Shown: one piece after another, positions 20,280 through 29,239 of the stretch | Position numbering within the stretch: the first letter of the stretch is position 1 | How the letters are laid out: each line of letters begins with the position of its first letter | Source of the DNA: Candidatus Krumholzibacteriia bacterium | GTDB lineage: Bacteria; Krumholzibacteriota; Krumholzibacteriia; LZORAL124-64-63 | NCBI GenBank assembly: GCA_050174015.1 | Contig: JBFXKG010000004.1 | Span: 100,957 to 164,956 of the forward strand | Direction of reading: 5' to 3' | Length of the DNA: 64,000 nucleotides | Program-made: the position numbers and the translations under genes | The notes under the pieces: model-generated | Databases searched by the model: none | Told to the model about the DNA's origin: nothing | Seen by the model: the letters and a program-made list of their open reading frames with translations, nothing else

Positions 20280-20464
20280 AGATGAGCAATCCGTTTGCAC
20301 GGATCAGTTCCGACCGTTTAGCGAATTGTTTTACGTGGCTGCAAGCAATTCGGCTCCAAATCACCACGGGGCGGCGGGGCCCCCAGGTCCGGGTTTCCAC
20401 ATCCGACCGGTCAACACGATAACAAATCCTCCTCGAAATGTCAAGCGAAATCAATTCAAGTCGT

Positions 20465-21457
20465 TTATTTATAATATTTTACAGTTTCGGCCAATTCCGC
20501 CTGGAGCCGCTCGACCAGGGCCTTGGGGGCCAGCAACCGCGCACTGGATCCGAGGCTCAGGATCCAGGCCATGACCTCCGGCTCGCTGGTGGACGTGAAG
20601 GCGACCTCGATCCGGCCGTTCTTCTTCTCCCGGATGGTCTGGTCCGGGTTCAACTTCCGCTCGGCGGTGAAGTTCGCGGCCCATCCCCACAGCTCGGCCT
20701 TCACCTTGAAGGTCTTGCCCTTGATCACCCCGAAATGCGTGTTGAACACCTTGTCGAAGTCGTAGTCGGTCACCGGCTTGAACGGCGTGTCGGTCAGGGC
20801 GACCCCCGCGAACCGGTGCAGGGCGAACAGCGGATCGTAGCCCGGATTCCTGAACACCCGGTCGGGCATCTTGGCGTAGCGGGCGTGCACGTAGATGGTC
20901 TCGTGGTGCGAGAAGATCTTCAGGGGCTTGATCCGGAAGACCTTCGGCTCCTTGTCCTGAAGGCGCCGGTAGGCGACCTCGCAGACCCGGTGCTGCTCCA
21001 GCCCCTGGACCAGGGTGCTGAGATTCCCGTAATGCGGGGTGTAGTCGATGACCCCGGGACGGTAAACGCCGAAGGCGCTGCGGTCGGGATCCCGTCCGCC
21101 CTGGTGCAGCCTCGCCGTCTTGTCCACGGCGCGCATGGCCGCGGTGAAGTGCTCGCGCCCCAGCAGATGGCTGGTGAAGGCCCGGCACATCAGCAGCACC
21201 TCCAGTTCGTCGTCCGTCAAGGGCAGCGTCGCCTTGGGCCGGCGCGCCCGCGGGATGCGGTAGAAGCTCCGGTTGCCCTTGGGCACCCGTTCGATGCCGG
21301 TCCCCCCCTCGTCCAGGTCCGCGACCAGGCGCAGGACCGTCTGCTTGCTGCATTGCAGGCGTGAGCTGAGTTCGGTGAGGGAATACTCCCGGTCGTTGAA
21401 AAGGAGCATGGCGTAGAGCTCGAGCAGGCGGGACCCGGGGGAGATGCCGGCTGTCAT
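20465..21457 (-). CDS. HTH-WYL-WCX transcriptional regulator (PafBC/DriD/BrxR-like)
   Basis: Start trimmed to MTAGISPGSRLLELYAMLL (cat at 21455-21457). N-terminal wHTH (YSLTELSSRLQCSKQTVLRLVADL). Middle WYL-like segment (KPLKIFSHHETIYVHARY ... FALHRFAGV, an IYV variant of the WYL triad). C-terminal extension of about 100 aa. Confidence 0.8.
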   Translation of the reverse strand: MTAGISPGSRLLELYAMLLFNDREYSLTELSSRLQCSKQTVLRLVADLDEGGTGIERVPKGNRSFYRIPRARRPKATLPLTDDELEVLLMCRAFTSHLLGREHFTAAMRAVDKTARLHQGGRDPDRSAFGVYRPGVIDYTPHYGNLSTLVQGLEQHRVCEVAYRRLQDKEPKVFRIKPLKIFSHHETIYVHARYAKMPDRVFRNPGYDPLFALHRFAGVALTDTPFKPVTDYDFDKVFNTHFGVIKGKTFKVKAELWGWAANFTAERKLNPDQTIREKKNGRIEVAFTSTSEPEVMAWILSLGSSARLLAPKALVERLQAELAETVKYYK

Positions 21458-21526
21458 GGGGCGTCCTTTCACGGAGGGGATTCGGTGCCGCCTCGATTCT
21501 CCAGCAGCCGGCAGGATCCCGCAAGA

Positions 21527-21546
21527 CCATTCCGGATACCGGAACG
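21527..21546. promoter_or_regulatory. palindrome ATTCCGG-ATA-CCGGAACG upstream of the WYL regulator (site C)
   Basis: cATTCCGGATACCGGAACGc; arms TTCCGG / CCGGAA with 3-nt spacer, 70-90 nt upstream of the WYL ATG. Candidate autoregulatory operator. Confidence 0.35.
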
Positions 21547-21819
21547 CAAAGACGATCAGGCCCGGCGGACCAACGGTCCGCCGGGCCGCCGCATCGGAAG
21601 GCTCGCCCAACCTTCCTCCACGGTCACCGGACCCGGATCAGGGCTCCAGGGTCAGGTCGATGGTCACCTTGGCGATGCCCGGCCTGCGGCCTCATCACGG
21701 GCCTTCCTGATCTCGATCACGTTCATGCCTTCTCCTCCGGTCGATTGTTCCGATGCTGTCGGCAATCATACCCCGGACCCGACGATCTATTTGCCAGGAT
21801 GTCGATAATAGCGGCGGGT

Positions 21820-21840
21820 CATTCCGGAATCCGGAACGAC
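21820..21840. promoter_or_regulatory. second copy of the ATTCCGGAATCCGGAACG palindrome (site D)
   Basis: cATTCCGGAATCCGGAACGa, near-identical to site C, about 365 nt upstream of the WYL ATG in the 467-nt intergenic region after the phosphoesterase gene. Confidence 0.3.
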
Positions 21841-21924
21841 AGGGCCGGAAAGCGGCGTCCACCGGGCCCAAGGGAGACGGACAGGGTCCCTTGGCGCGAA
21901 TCCTTCGACCCGGGCGGAGCCGGG

Positions 21925-22905
21925 CTACCCGGTCCGATCATGACAGGACGTGGTGAAATGGGCGTCGGATAGACTCTCGCCCGGCCGATGGGTGTAGGCC
22001 GCGAGGCACCCGTCCCCGGCCACCGAATAGTCCAGGCAGACCACGTTGTGCGCCTGGATCTCCGGCTTTCCCTTCAGCCAGTAATGGCCGAAGAAAACCG
22101 GGGGATCCGCTGCGGGATAGCCGGGGTTGCCCAGCTCCAGCGCCCTGGAATCCTCGAGGGGAGCGTCGGGAACCCCGGCCATCGACCCGGGCGGGAAGAG
22201 CATGGTGCGGTAGGTCGGATCCTCGGGGATGAGGAACCAGCGGACCCTGATGGCCCGCCGGGGATGGCCGTCCTTGTCCAGAGCCGGTCGCGCCCCTGCC
22301 GGAAGCGGCGCTTCCTTGCCCTTGAGCAGCCATTCCGTCGCCTGGAAGAGAGCGTTCCCGGGACCGGGCGGGATCAGCGCGGCCGCCATGAACCCGTCGG
22401 TGACGCCTCCGTGCTGGGCGAGGGCGGCGTCCACGGCCCGGACCGCACCGGGATCCCAGCAGGCATGGACCACGCGCAAATGCTCGCTGGCGAGGTAGAG
22501 TGGCAGGGTGCGGAACCAGTCCAGCCAGTGGTCCGGCACCGTCCGTCCTCCCAGCTGATCGAGGGTGTGGCGGACCTGGCTCTCGTTCCGGGGGGAATGG
22601 CTCCTCAGGTACCGGCCTTCATGGACGGTCGCATAGGCGATGGCGTTGAACTCGTGGTTGCCCATCAAGGCGTAGGCGTTCCCGGCCTCCACCATCGCGC
22701 GGACGATCTCCAGGGTCTCGAGGATCTCCGGACCCCTGTCGATGAAATCCCCCACGAACACCGCCTTGCGGTCGGAATCGCCATGGCGGAATCCCAGGCC
22801 CGCCCGCTCGTAACCGAGTTTCCCCAGGAGTTCCCGGAGCCGCAGCGCGTGGCCGTGGACGTCCCCGATGATGTCGTAGCAGGAATGGTGGGGTAGCATC
22901 GCCAT
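21925..22905 (-). CDS. metallophosphoesterase, ApaH/PrpE-like (diadenosine tetraphosphatase / PPP-family phosphatase fold)
   Basis: DIIGDVHGH, GDFIDRGP, GNHE calcineurin-like motifs; 326 aa; start MAMLPHH (cat at 22903-22905). Confidence 0.8.
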   Translation of the reverse strand: MAMLPHHSCYDIIGDVHGHALRLRELLGKLGYERAGLGFRHGDSDRKAVFVGDFIDRGPEILETLEIVRAMVEAGNAYALMGNHEFNAIAYATVHEGRYLRSHSPRNESQVRHTLDQLGGRTVPDHWLDWFRTLPLYLASEHLRVVHACWDPGAVRAVDAALAQHGGVTDGFMAAALIPPGPGNALFQATEWLLKGKEAPLPAGARPALDKDGHPRRAIRVRWFLIPEDPTYRTMLFPPGSMAGVPDAPLEDSRALELGNPGYPAADPPVFFGHYWLKGKPEIQAHNVVCLDYSVAGDGCLAAYTHRPGESLSDAHFTTSCHDRTG

Positions 22906-23052
22906 GATCTCGCCGCCGCCAAGTTGTTGAAAAGTGACCGGTTATACCCAAGGAGTCGTCGAGCGGCCCAATATACCACGTTGACCGGATCCGGCCAAAC
23001 TCGTCGGTCTCCCCTGCCGGTCGCCCCGCGGGGACACCCTGGTGTTTTCCCA

Positions 23053-23068
23053 GAAATTCCGGAATTGC
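23053..23068. promoter_or_regulatory. perfect palindrome AATTCCGGAATT upstream of the phosphoesterase gene (site E)
   Basis: gaAATTCCGGAATTgc, about 150 nt upstream of the ATG at 22905. A CCGGATCCGG palindrome lies at 22988-22997. Confidence 0.25.
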
Positions 23069-23216
23069 TAAAGGAAAAGAGGGATCACCAACCACCTATT
23101 TCGAGGCCGACCCGGACCGGGTTGCTCGAAAGGCACGATATCGCCGACGGCCAGGCGGCTGGACACCCTGGCCATGGTGGAGGTGCTCGGAGACCTCATG
23201 GCCAGGGTGTGACCGG

Positions 23217-23780
23217 TCATTCCTCTTCGGGAGCGAACGCCGCGGCCAGCTTGTCCTGGACGAGGCCGTAGGTCTCCTCGATCCGGTCCGACGTTTCCCC
23301 CTGGAGCATACCCAGGCCCGCCAGCGCGTCCTTGGCCCTGCGGAACCCATCCTCGATTCCCCGGCGGATCTCCGCCTCGAACCTGTTCAGGGTCTCCGTC
23401 TCGTCCTGGCCGGCATTCAGCCCCTTGTAATGGGGAAAGAACCCGAGAGCGAAGCCGAGCACCCTTTCGGCCACGGCCTCGGGCGAGGTGTCCAGGCCGA
23501 TGGAGAAGCTGTCCTCGGGCTTCTTCCCTTCAGGTCCCACGGCTTCCTTATCTCCCGACGGAAAGGCGTCCCGGAGGCTTTCCTCCAGCTCCTTCCTGAG
23601 CAGGGCGAGGCCACCGTCCTCGAGGATGCTCAGGGCCAGTTCCTCGCCGTGGGCCCGGGCCGGGCCGGCGCCCCCGCGAAGGTAGGCGCTCGTGCGTTCA
23701 TCCGAGGATGTCGTCTTCTGGGGATCCTGGGCCTTCTTGACAGGCGAAAGGCCCGGTAGGTTTGATATGGGGTTCGCCAT
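23217..23780 (-). CDS. hypothetical acidic protein (187 aa)
   Basis: Start trimmed to MANPISNLPG with strong RBS ttcaaggagggagagccATG. No recognised family. Confidence 0.55.
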   Translation of the reverse strand: MANPISNLPGLSPVKKAQDPQKTTSSDERTSAYLRGGAGPARAHGEELALSILEDGGLALLRKELEESLRDAFPSGDKEAVGPEGKKPEDSFSIGLDTSPEAVAERVLGFALGFFPHYKGLNAGQDETETLNRFEAEIRRGIEDGFRRAKDALAGLGMLQGETSDRIEETYGLVQDKLAAAFAPEEE

Positions 23781-24274
23781 GGCTCTCCCTCCTTGAAAGG
23801 AGCCTATGGGGTGGGGCGATGGTTTCGCACCATATATAAAATATCGGCATGATATTGATTTTCTTGAAGGAAATCTCCCCAGGGGAGGCGCAACGCGGTC
23901 GAGGCCTCCGGCGGGGGCTGGGTCCCGGTGGCCGCGGACCCTGGATGTGCGGCAGGTCACGAGGAAGAGGCGGTTCGAGGGGCGGCCGGGCCCCCCGGGG
24001 GACCTAAAACCCTGAAATGGGCCTCAAATCGCTGGTTTAGGGCCGTTTTTCGGAAATCCCCCCCCAGTCCCGCAGGTCGTGGAACACTGGACGGGCGAAC
24101 GGATGGAACCGGGGCGGATGGGTCTGGCGCATGACGCCCAGGCCTCGCCGCCACCCCTCATCCGAGCATATCGTCACACGCATGGTTTCTTCGCCTTGGA
24201 GAGATCCCCGCGGATGTGGCACACTCCCCATCGGCCGGAAACCCATCCTCCAGGACCCTCCAGGAGCGCCAGGC

Positions 24275-25336
24275 ATGACCCCCAAGCCCCGATTCCTCAA
24301 GGCGGCCAGCTTCGCCGCCGGCCTCGTCATCGGCCTCGTCCTCATCACCGCCGGCTGCGGCCCCGACCGGAAGGAGACACCCCCCGCCGAGCCATCTTCC
24401 GCGGCCCTGCGACCCTTCCGTCCCTTCAGCGGCGACCGCTGGATCGGCAACGCCGTCTGCTACGGCCCCCACCGGGACGGGCAGCGGCCCGGCGGCCCCG
24501 GCCCCACCGCCGCCCAAATCCGGGAGGACCTGGACCTGATGCTCCCGCACTGGAACCTGCTGCGGGTGTACGGCGCCACCGGCGCCACCCCCATCCTGCT
24601 CGAGGAGATCCGGCGCGGCGATCTGGACATGAAGGTCGTGCTGGGGGTGTGGATCGCTCCCGAGGAGCACCGCGATCCGGAAGGAACCGTGACCGGCCGC
24701 GACCCTGAAGCCGCGGCCGCCAACCGGCGCGAGGTCTGGGCCGCCATCGACCTGGCGAACCGGTACCCCGATCTCGTCGTGGCGGTCTGCGTCGGCAACG
24801 AGACCCAGGTCTCCTGGTCGGCCCACCGCAGTCCGCTGGACATCCTCATCGGCCACGTGCGGACGGTGAGGTCCGCCGTCTCCGTCCCCGTCACCGTCGC
24901 CGACGACTTCAACTTCTGGAACAAGCCGGAAAGCCGTGAACTGGCCGGCGAGCTGGACTTCATCACCATGCACGCCCACCCGATGTGGAACGGGCTGCAG
25001 CTGGACGGCGCGCTTCCCTGGCTGCAGGAGCAGGTGAAGGCGGTCCAGGCTTTTCACCCGGACCGCCCGGTGATCCTGGGGGAGACGGGCTGGGCCACCT
25101 CCGTCCACGACGAGGGGGAACAGGCCACGCTGATCAAGGGAGCCGCGGGCGAGCAGGAACAGAAGACGTTCTTCGCGGAGGTCCGCGCCTGGGCGGAGCA
25201 CGACCGGCTTCCGGTGTTCTTCTTCGAGGCGTTCGACGAGAACTGGAAGGGTGGCGATCATCCCGCCGAGGTCGAGAAGCACTGGGGGGTGTTCCGGGCG
25301 GACCGGACGCCCAAGGCGGCGGTCAAGGGGTCCTGA
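24275..25336 (+). CDS. glycoside hydrolase family 17-like lipoprotein (beta-glucanase-like TIM barrel)
   Basis: Start trimmed to MTPKPRFLKAASFAAGLVIGLVLITAGCG (lipobox), RBS ccaggagcgccaggcATG. Two catalytic-Glu contexts typical of GH17 (CVGNETQ and ILGETGWATS). Confidence 0.6.
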   Translation: MTPKPRFLKAASFAAGLVIGLVLITAGCGPDRKETPPAEPSSAALRPFRPFSGDRWIGNAVCYGPHRDGQRPGGPGPTAAQIREDLDLMLPHWNLLRVYGATGATPILLEEIRRGDLDMKVVLGVWIAPEEHRDPEGTVTGRDPEAAAANRREVWAAIDLANRYPDLVVAVCVGNETQVSWSAHRSPLDILIGHVRTVRSAVSVPVTVADDFNFWNKPESRELAGELDFITMHAHPMWNGLQLDGALPWLQEQVKAVQAFHPDRPVILGETGWATSVHDEGEQATLIKGAAGEQEQKTFFAEVRAWAEHDRLPVFFFEAFDENWKGGDHPAEVEKHWGVFRADRTPKAAVKGS

Positions 25337-25475
25337 CCCGTTCACCGGGACGCGCTCCGCGGGCGGGCCATGCCTCGCCTCCTGCCGGGATTTCGGCGCC
25401 ACCCCGGCCCTTCCGCCGGGGATTCATGCTATCATTGTCTTCTGGTGCCACCTGCTCCCTCCTGAAAGGTCCGAC

Positions 25476-28154
25476 TTGAACCCGCTTCAGCTCATCCCGT
25501 CACAGCTCCACGCCCGCTGGGCCCTGCTTCTTCTGATCATGCTGGCGATCCCCGGTCCGGTGGCCTTCGCAGGTGGCCAGGACGTCGCCGACGAGGTCTT
25601 CTACCACTACATGCCCATCTGCTGGCGCGACTCGGACAACGACGCCTACCGGTTCGGCGACTTCGGCGGCATGACCGCCGCCCTGCCCTACCTGACGGAA
25701 CTGGGCGTGACCGCCATCTGGATGAACCCCGTGTTCCCATCCCCCGCCTACCACGGCTATCAGCACGGCCGCGCCGACCAGCTGAATCCCTGGTTCGGGA
25801 CCGAGGCCGACTTCATCGCCTTCATCGAGGCCGCCCACGCCGCCGGCATCAAGGTCTTCGTGGACTTCGTGGCCTACGGGATCAGTCACGACTCGCCCTG
25901 GTACCAGGACGCCTACGGCCATCCCGGCAGTGTGTACGACGACTGGCTGGCCTTCACCAACCCGGCCAACACCGAGTCCTGGGGATCGACCTACAACACC
26001 TGGAACGGTGCGACGGTGGGGCACGTCTGGTGGGACCTGCGCGACTCCGGCCCGGTCGGCTTGGTCACCCAGTGGGCGCAATACTGGTTGGATCCCGACG
26101 GCGACGGCGACTTCGGCGACGGGCTGGACGGCTACCGGCTGGACCACGTCTGGAAGACCTATCCCAACGGGCCCGACGGCTGGGGCTACCACGTCGACAC
26201 CTTCTGGGCCCCGTGGCGCGACGCTTTGCGCGCGGTGAACCCCGACGTCTTCGTCTTCGCCGAGCAGGCCGACTGGGGCAGCCAGGGCGTCGAGCTGCTG
26301 GCCGGACTCGACGCCGCCTTCACCAAGCCCTTCGAGTTCGCCGCCCGCGACGCCCTGCGCTGGGAATTCGCATCCGCACTTTACGACGGGATGGCTGCAG
26401 CCACCGCCGCCCTGAACGGTTCGCCCCATCCCGGCACCCTGATGACCACCATCGGCAACCACGACGTGGATCGCCTGGCCACCAGTATCGGGGACGATTT
26501 CGCCAGGGGGAAGGCCGCCGCCGCGGTGCTGCTGACCCAGCCCTTCACGCCGGTCATCTACCACGGGGACGAGTTCGGGATGCGCGGCGCCAAGAACACT
26601 TCCTACAGCGGGGACGCCGCCGACATCCCCATGCGCGAGCCCTTCAAGTGGAACGCCGTGGCCGGCCCGCCCATGAGCGACTACGACGTCTTGAACGCCG
26701 CGGCCTTCGCCGGGCGCATCGCCCAGGACAACGACGGCCGCAGCGTCGAGGAACAGTTGAACGTCCCCGGCAGCCTGCTCGAGGCCTACCGCGAGCTGAT
26801 CGCGGTCCGCAAGGGCAACGTGGCCCTGCGGCGCGGCGGCTACCACCCCGTGACCGCCGACGACGGCGGCGTCTGGGCCTTCGTCCGCGCCCATGACGAC
26901 CAGCAGGCGCTGGTCGTGATCAACGTCACCGGCAACGCCCGCAGCTTCAGCCTGGACCTGGGCGGGTACGCCATCCCCGGCGGATCGACCCAGCCCGTCG
27001 ACCTGCTGGGCGGTCCTGCGCCCGCGCAGTTGACCGACGCCAACAAGGGCGACTATCCCCTGTCCCTAGGTGCCTTCGGGTACGCCGTCTACGAGCTTTC
27101 GGTGGATCCCCCCGCTCCGCCGGCGGTCATCGCCGACGGGCGCAACGTCCCCGGCGATTTCGTTCCCCACGCAGCCCTCGCCACCCAGGACGGACCCACC
27201 CATCTCGGCGACAACGTCTCGGAGCTGGACCAGCTGTTCGCCCGCATCTCGGACGACTCGCTCTTCGTCGGCATCACCGGGAACCTCGCCACCGACGGCA
27301 CCGGTCTCGCCCTGCTGATCGACGCCGCCCCCGGAGGCCAGACCACCCTGGACACGAGCACGCTGTCGCCCCCGCCCTCGGGCCCCCAGCACTTGACCGG
27401 CCTGCGCCTCGACCCGGGTTTCGAGCCCGAGACCATGATGTTCATCAACGCCTACTCGGGGACCATCTACGCCGACAGGGTCGAGTTACCCTCCGGGTCC
27501 GGCGCCGTCAAATCCTACGTCGGGCAGGGGATCGTCGGCAGCGGCAACGGCCTCCTCACCGGCGGGTCGAATCCCGGCGACATCCGGGTCGCCCTCGACA
27601 ACTCCAACACTTCGGGCGTGACCGGCAGCAGCGTCGCCGACGCGGGCGCCGCCGTCACCGGCTTCGAGCTCTTCCTGTCCCTGGCGGACCTGGGTCACGC
27701 GGGCGGCCCGGTGAGGCTGGCCGCCTTCATCCTCGAGACCAGCGGGGACGTGAGCAACCAGTGGCTGCCCCCCCTGGGCGGAGTGACGGGATCGCTGGGG
27801 ATCGCCCCCGACCTGACGACCTTTCCGGGATCGCAATTCGCCGAGCTGGATGGAGCCTCCGGGGTCGGCCTGCCTGCCGTGAATGGCCTCGAAGCAAGCG
27901 CACAGGCGACGGGCGAGGGCGCGGTCTTCCGTTTCACGCTGGTGGAATCGGGGCCCGTGACCCTGGCCATCCACGATCTGCGCGGCCGGGAAGTTTGTCG
28001 TCTTCTGGATGGGATCATACGCCCGGCGGGGCGGCGGAGCGCGTTCTGGGACGGCCGCTCCGGCGGCGGCCGTCCCGTGGCGTCGGGCGTTTACCTCTTC
28101 CGGCTGGAGGCCGGAGGGATGATTGCGACCGGACGGGTGGCCCTGGTGCGTTAG
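25476..28154 (+). CDS. GH13 alpha-amylase-family glycosidase with C-terminal T9SS-type (Por_Secre_tail / FlgD-Ig-like) sorting domain
   Basis: GH13 regions DGYRLDHVWK (II), FVFAEQ (III), IGNHD (IV). C-terminal approx 80 aa AVFRFTL...GVYLFRLEAGGMIATGRVALVR = TIGR04183-like tail. Start uncertain: TTG at 25476 after GAAAGG gives signal peptide MNPLQLIPSQLHARWALLLLIMLAIPGPVAFA; in-frame ATG alternative at 25539. Confidence 0.8.
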   Translation: MNPLQLIPSQLHARWALLLLIMLAIPGPVAFAGGQDVADEVFYHYMPICWRDSDNDAYRFGDFGGMTAALPYLTELGVTAIWMNPVFPSPAYHGYQHGRADQLNPWFGTEADFIAFIEAAHAAGIKVFVDFVAYGISHDSPWYQDAYGHPGSVYDDWLAFTNPANTESWGSTYNTWNGATVGHVWWDLRDSGPVGLVTQWAQYWLDPDGDGDFGDGLDGYRLDHVWKTYPNGPDGWGYHVDTFWAPWRDALRAVNPDVFVFAEQADWGSQGVELLAGLDAAFTKPFEFAARDALRWEFASALYDGMAAATAALNGSPHPGTLMTTIGNHDVDRLATSIGDDFARGKAAAAVLLTQPFTPVIYHGDEFGMRGAKNTSYSGDAADIPMREPFKWNAVAGPPMSDYDVLNAAAFAGRIAQDNDGRSVEEQLNVPGSLLEAYRELIAVRKGNVALRRGGYHPVTADDGGVWAFVRAHDDQQALVVINVTGNARSFSLDLGGYAIPGGSTQPVDLLGGPAPAQLTDANKGDYPLSLGAFGYAVYELSVDPPAPPAVIADGRNVPGDFVPHAALATQDGPTHLGDNVSELDQLFARISDDSLFVGITGNLATDGTGLALLIDAAPGGQTTLDTSTLSPPPSGPQHLTGLRLDPGFEPETMMFINAYSGTIYADRVELPSGSGAVKSYVGQGIVGSGNGLLTGGSNPGDIRVALDNSNTSGVTGSSVADAGAAVTGFELFLSLADLGHAGGPVRLAAFILETSGDVSNQWLPPLGGVTGSLGIAPDLTTFPGSQFAELDGASGVGLPAVNGLEASAQATGEGAVFRFTLVESGPVTLAIHDLRGREVCRLLDGIIRPAGRRSAFWDGRSGGGRPVASGVYLFRLEAGGMIATGRVALVR

Positions 28155-28158
28155 CCCG

Positions 28159-29103
28159 CTACTTCGCGAGCAGGATCTTCTGCGTCGAAATCCCGCCGCC
28201 GGTCTCCAGACGGACGAAATAGGCCCCGGATGCGGCTCGACGCCCGCCGTCGTCGTTGCCGTTCCAGGTCACCGCCTGGGGCCCCGGCGAGAACGTGGTC
28301 CGGGCGAGGGTGCGCACGAGGCGGCCGCTCATGTCGAACACGTCGAGGGCCGCGGGCCCCGCCGCGGGCATGACGAAGGTGATGGTGGTGACGGGGTTGA
28401 AGGGGTTGGGATAGGCCTTCGGCGCCGCCAGGGCCGTGACCAGGTCGCCCCGCACGCCCGACAACCCGCACGGTTCCGGCGGACCGGCGGCATCCGTCCC
28501 CGTCGTGAACCACACGAAGTACCGCTTCGAGGCCGTATCCACCCCGACCCCCATGGCCGCCCAGGTTTGGGAAGCCCAGATCCCCTGGTTGAGGATCACG
28601 TCGTTGTGGCCAGAGCTGCCCTTCCAGGCGTTCAGCGCCCCGGCGGGATCCGCGTAACCCTGGGCGGCGATCTCGTACCCCGTCGACGTGTAGGTCCCCT
28701 CCGAAATCTCCGACGGCTTCGTCCACATGCACAGGGCCTGGGCGTGATCAGGAGTGTAGCAGCAGGTGGAGTACGGCGCCCCGGAGACCCCGTACCAGGA
28801 GTGCAGGTTGCAGCTGGGGTCGCTGCCCCAGTCGCCGGTGACGTCGTGAGCGTAGTTGTGATCGGCCACATGCCACTGGGCGACAGCCGTCAACACGGTC
28901 GAGACCGGTATGGCGGGCAGGCTGTTCTCCGCCCGGTAATCGTCGATGAGCTGGATCATCAGCTCCTCGTCCGCGTTGAGGCAGCCGGGGGGCTGGTACT
29001 GGGCGGATGCGCCGCCGGCGAGGATCAGACCGAGAATCAACACACGCACTACCACGATGCTCCTCCTGGATGATGAAGTCTTCGAAAGCACTCCCGGAAT
29101 CAT
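28159..29103 (-). CDS. CAP/SCP (PR-1-like) domain protein with C-terminal T9SS-type sorting domain
   Basis: Signal peptide; CAP-like core (HNYAHDVTGDWG ... GHNDVILNQ ... KRYFVWFT); tail PNPFNPVTTITF...GAYFVRLETGGGISTQKILLAK. Alternative GTG start at 29055 has a better RBS (caggaggagcatcGTG). Confidence 0.6.
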   Translation of the reverse strand: MIPGVLSKTSSSRRSIVVVRVLILGLILAGGASAQYQPPGCLNADEELMIQLIDDYRAENSLPAIPVSTVLTAVAQWHVADHNYAHDVTGDWGSDPSCNLHSWYGVSGAPYSTCCYTPDHAQALCMWTKPSEISEGTYTSTGYEIAAQGYADPAGALNAWKGSSGHNDVILNQGIWASQTWAAMGVGVDTASKRYFVWFTTGTDAAGPPEPCGLSGVRGDLVTALAAPKAYPNPFNPVTTITFVMPAAGPAALDVFDMSGRLVRTLARTTFSPGPQAVTWNGNDDGGRRAASGAYFVRLETGGGISTQKILLAK

Positions 29104-29239
29104 CCCACAGCTCCCGCCAAAATTCTACCGAATTACTCCTGTTTTGAGAACAAGAGTGTCGCATTCCATGAGGTTGCTGGATGGAGTCGATCTCAACGCC
29201 GGACAGCGGACCGTCACCGGGGGGTATGGTCCTGGTGCC

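Noticed and set aside
17970-20285. 771-aa plus-strand ORF
   Set aside because: Antisense to the tandem-AAA gene, which has clear Walker motifs and a strong RBS; the antisense frame is Gly/Arg/Pro-rich.
20218-20454. 78-aa minus-strand ORF in the WYL-AAA spacer
   Set aside because: The reading frame runs straight through the intrinsic terminator hairpin at 20250-20279; only its first approx 17 codons are even conceivable (see finding).
21850-21925. Inverted repeat CCAAGGGA-N11-TCCCTTGG just after the phosphoesterase stop
   Set aside because: No U-tract on the transcribed (minus) strand, so it is not called as a terminator. It may still be a protein-binding site.
24158-25402. 414-aa minus-strand ORF and 25500..26894 minus-strand 464-aa ORF
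   Set aside because: Antisense to the GH17-like and GH13 genes, which carry catalytic motifs.
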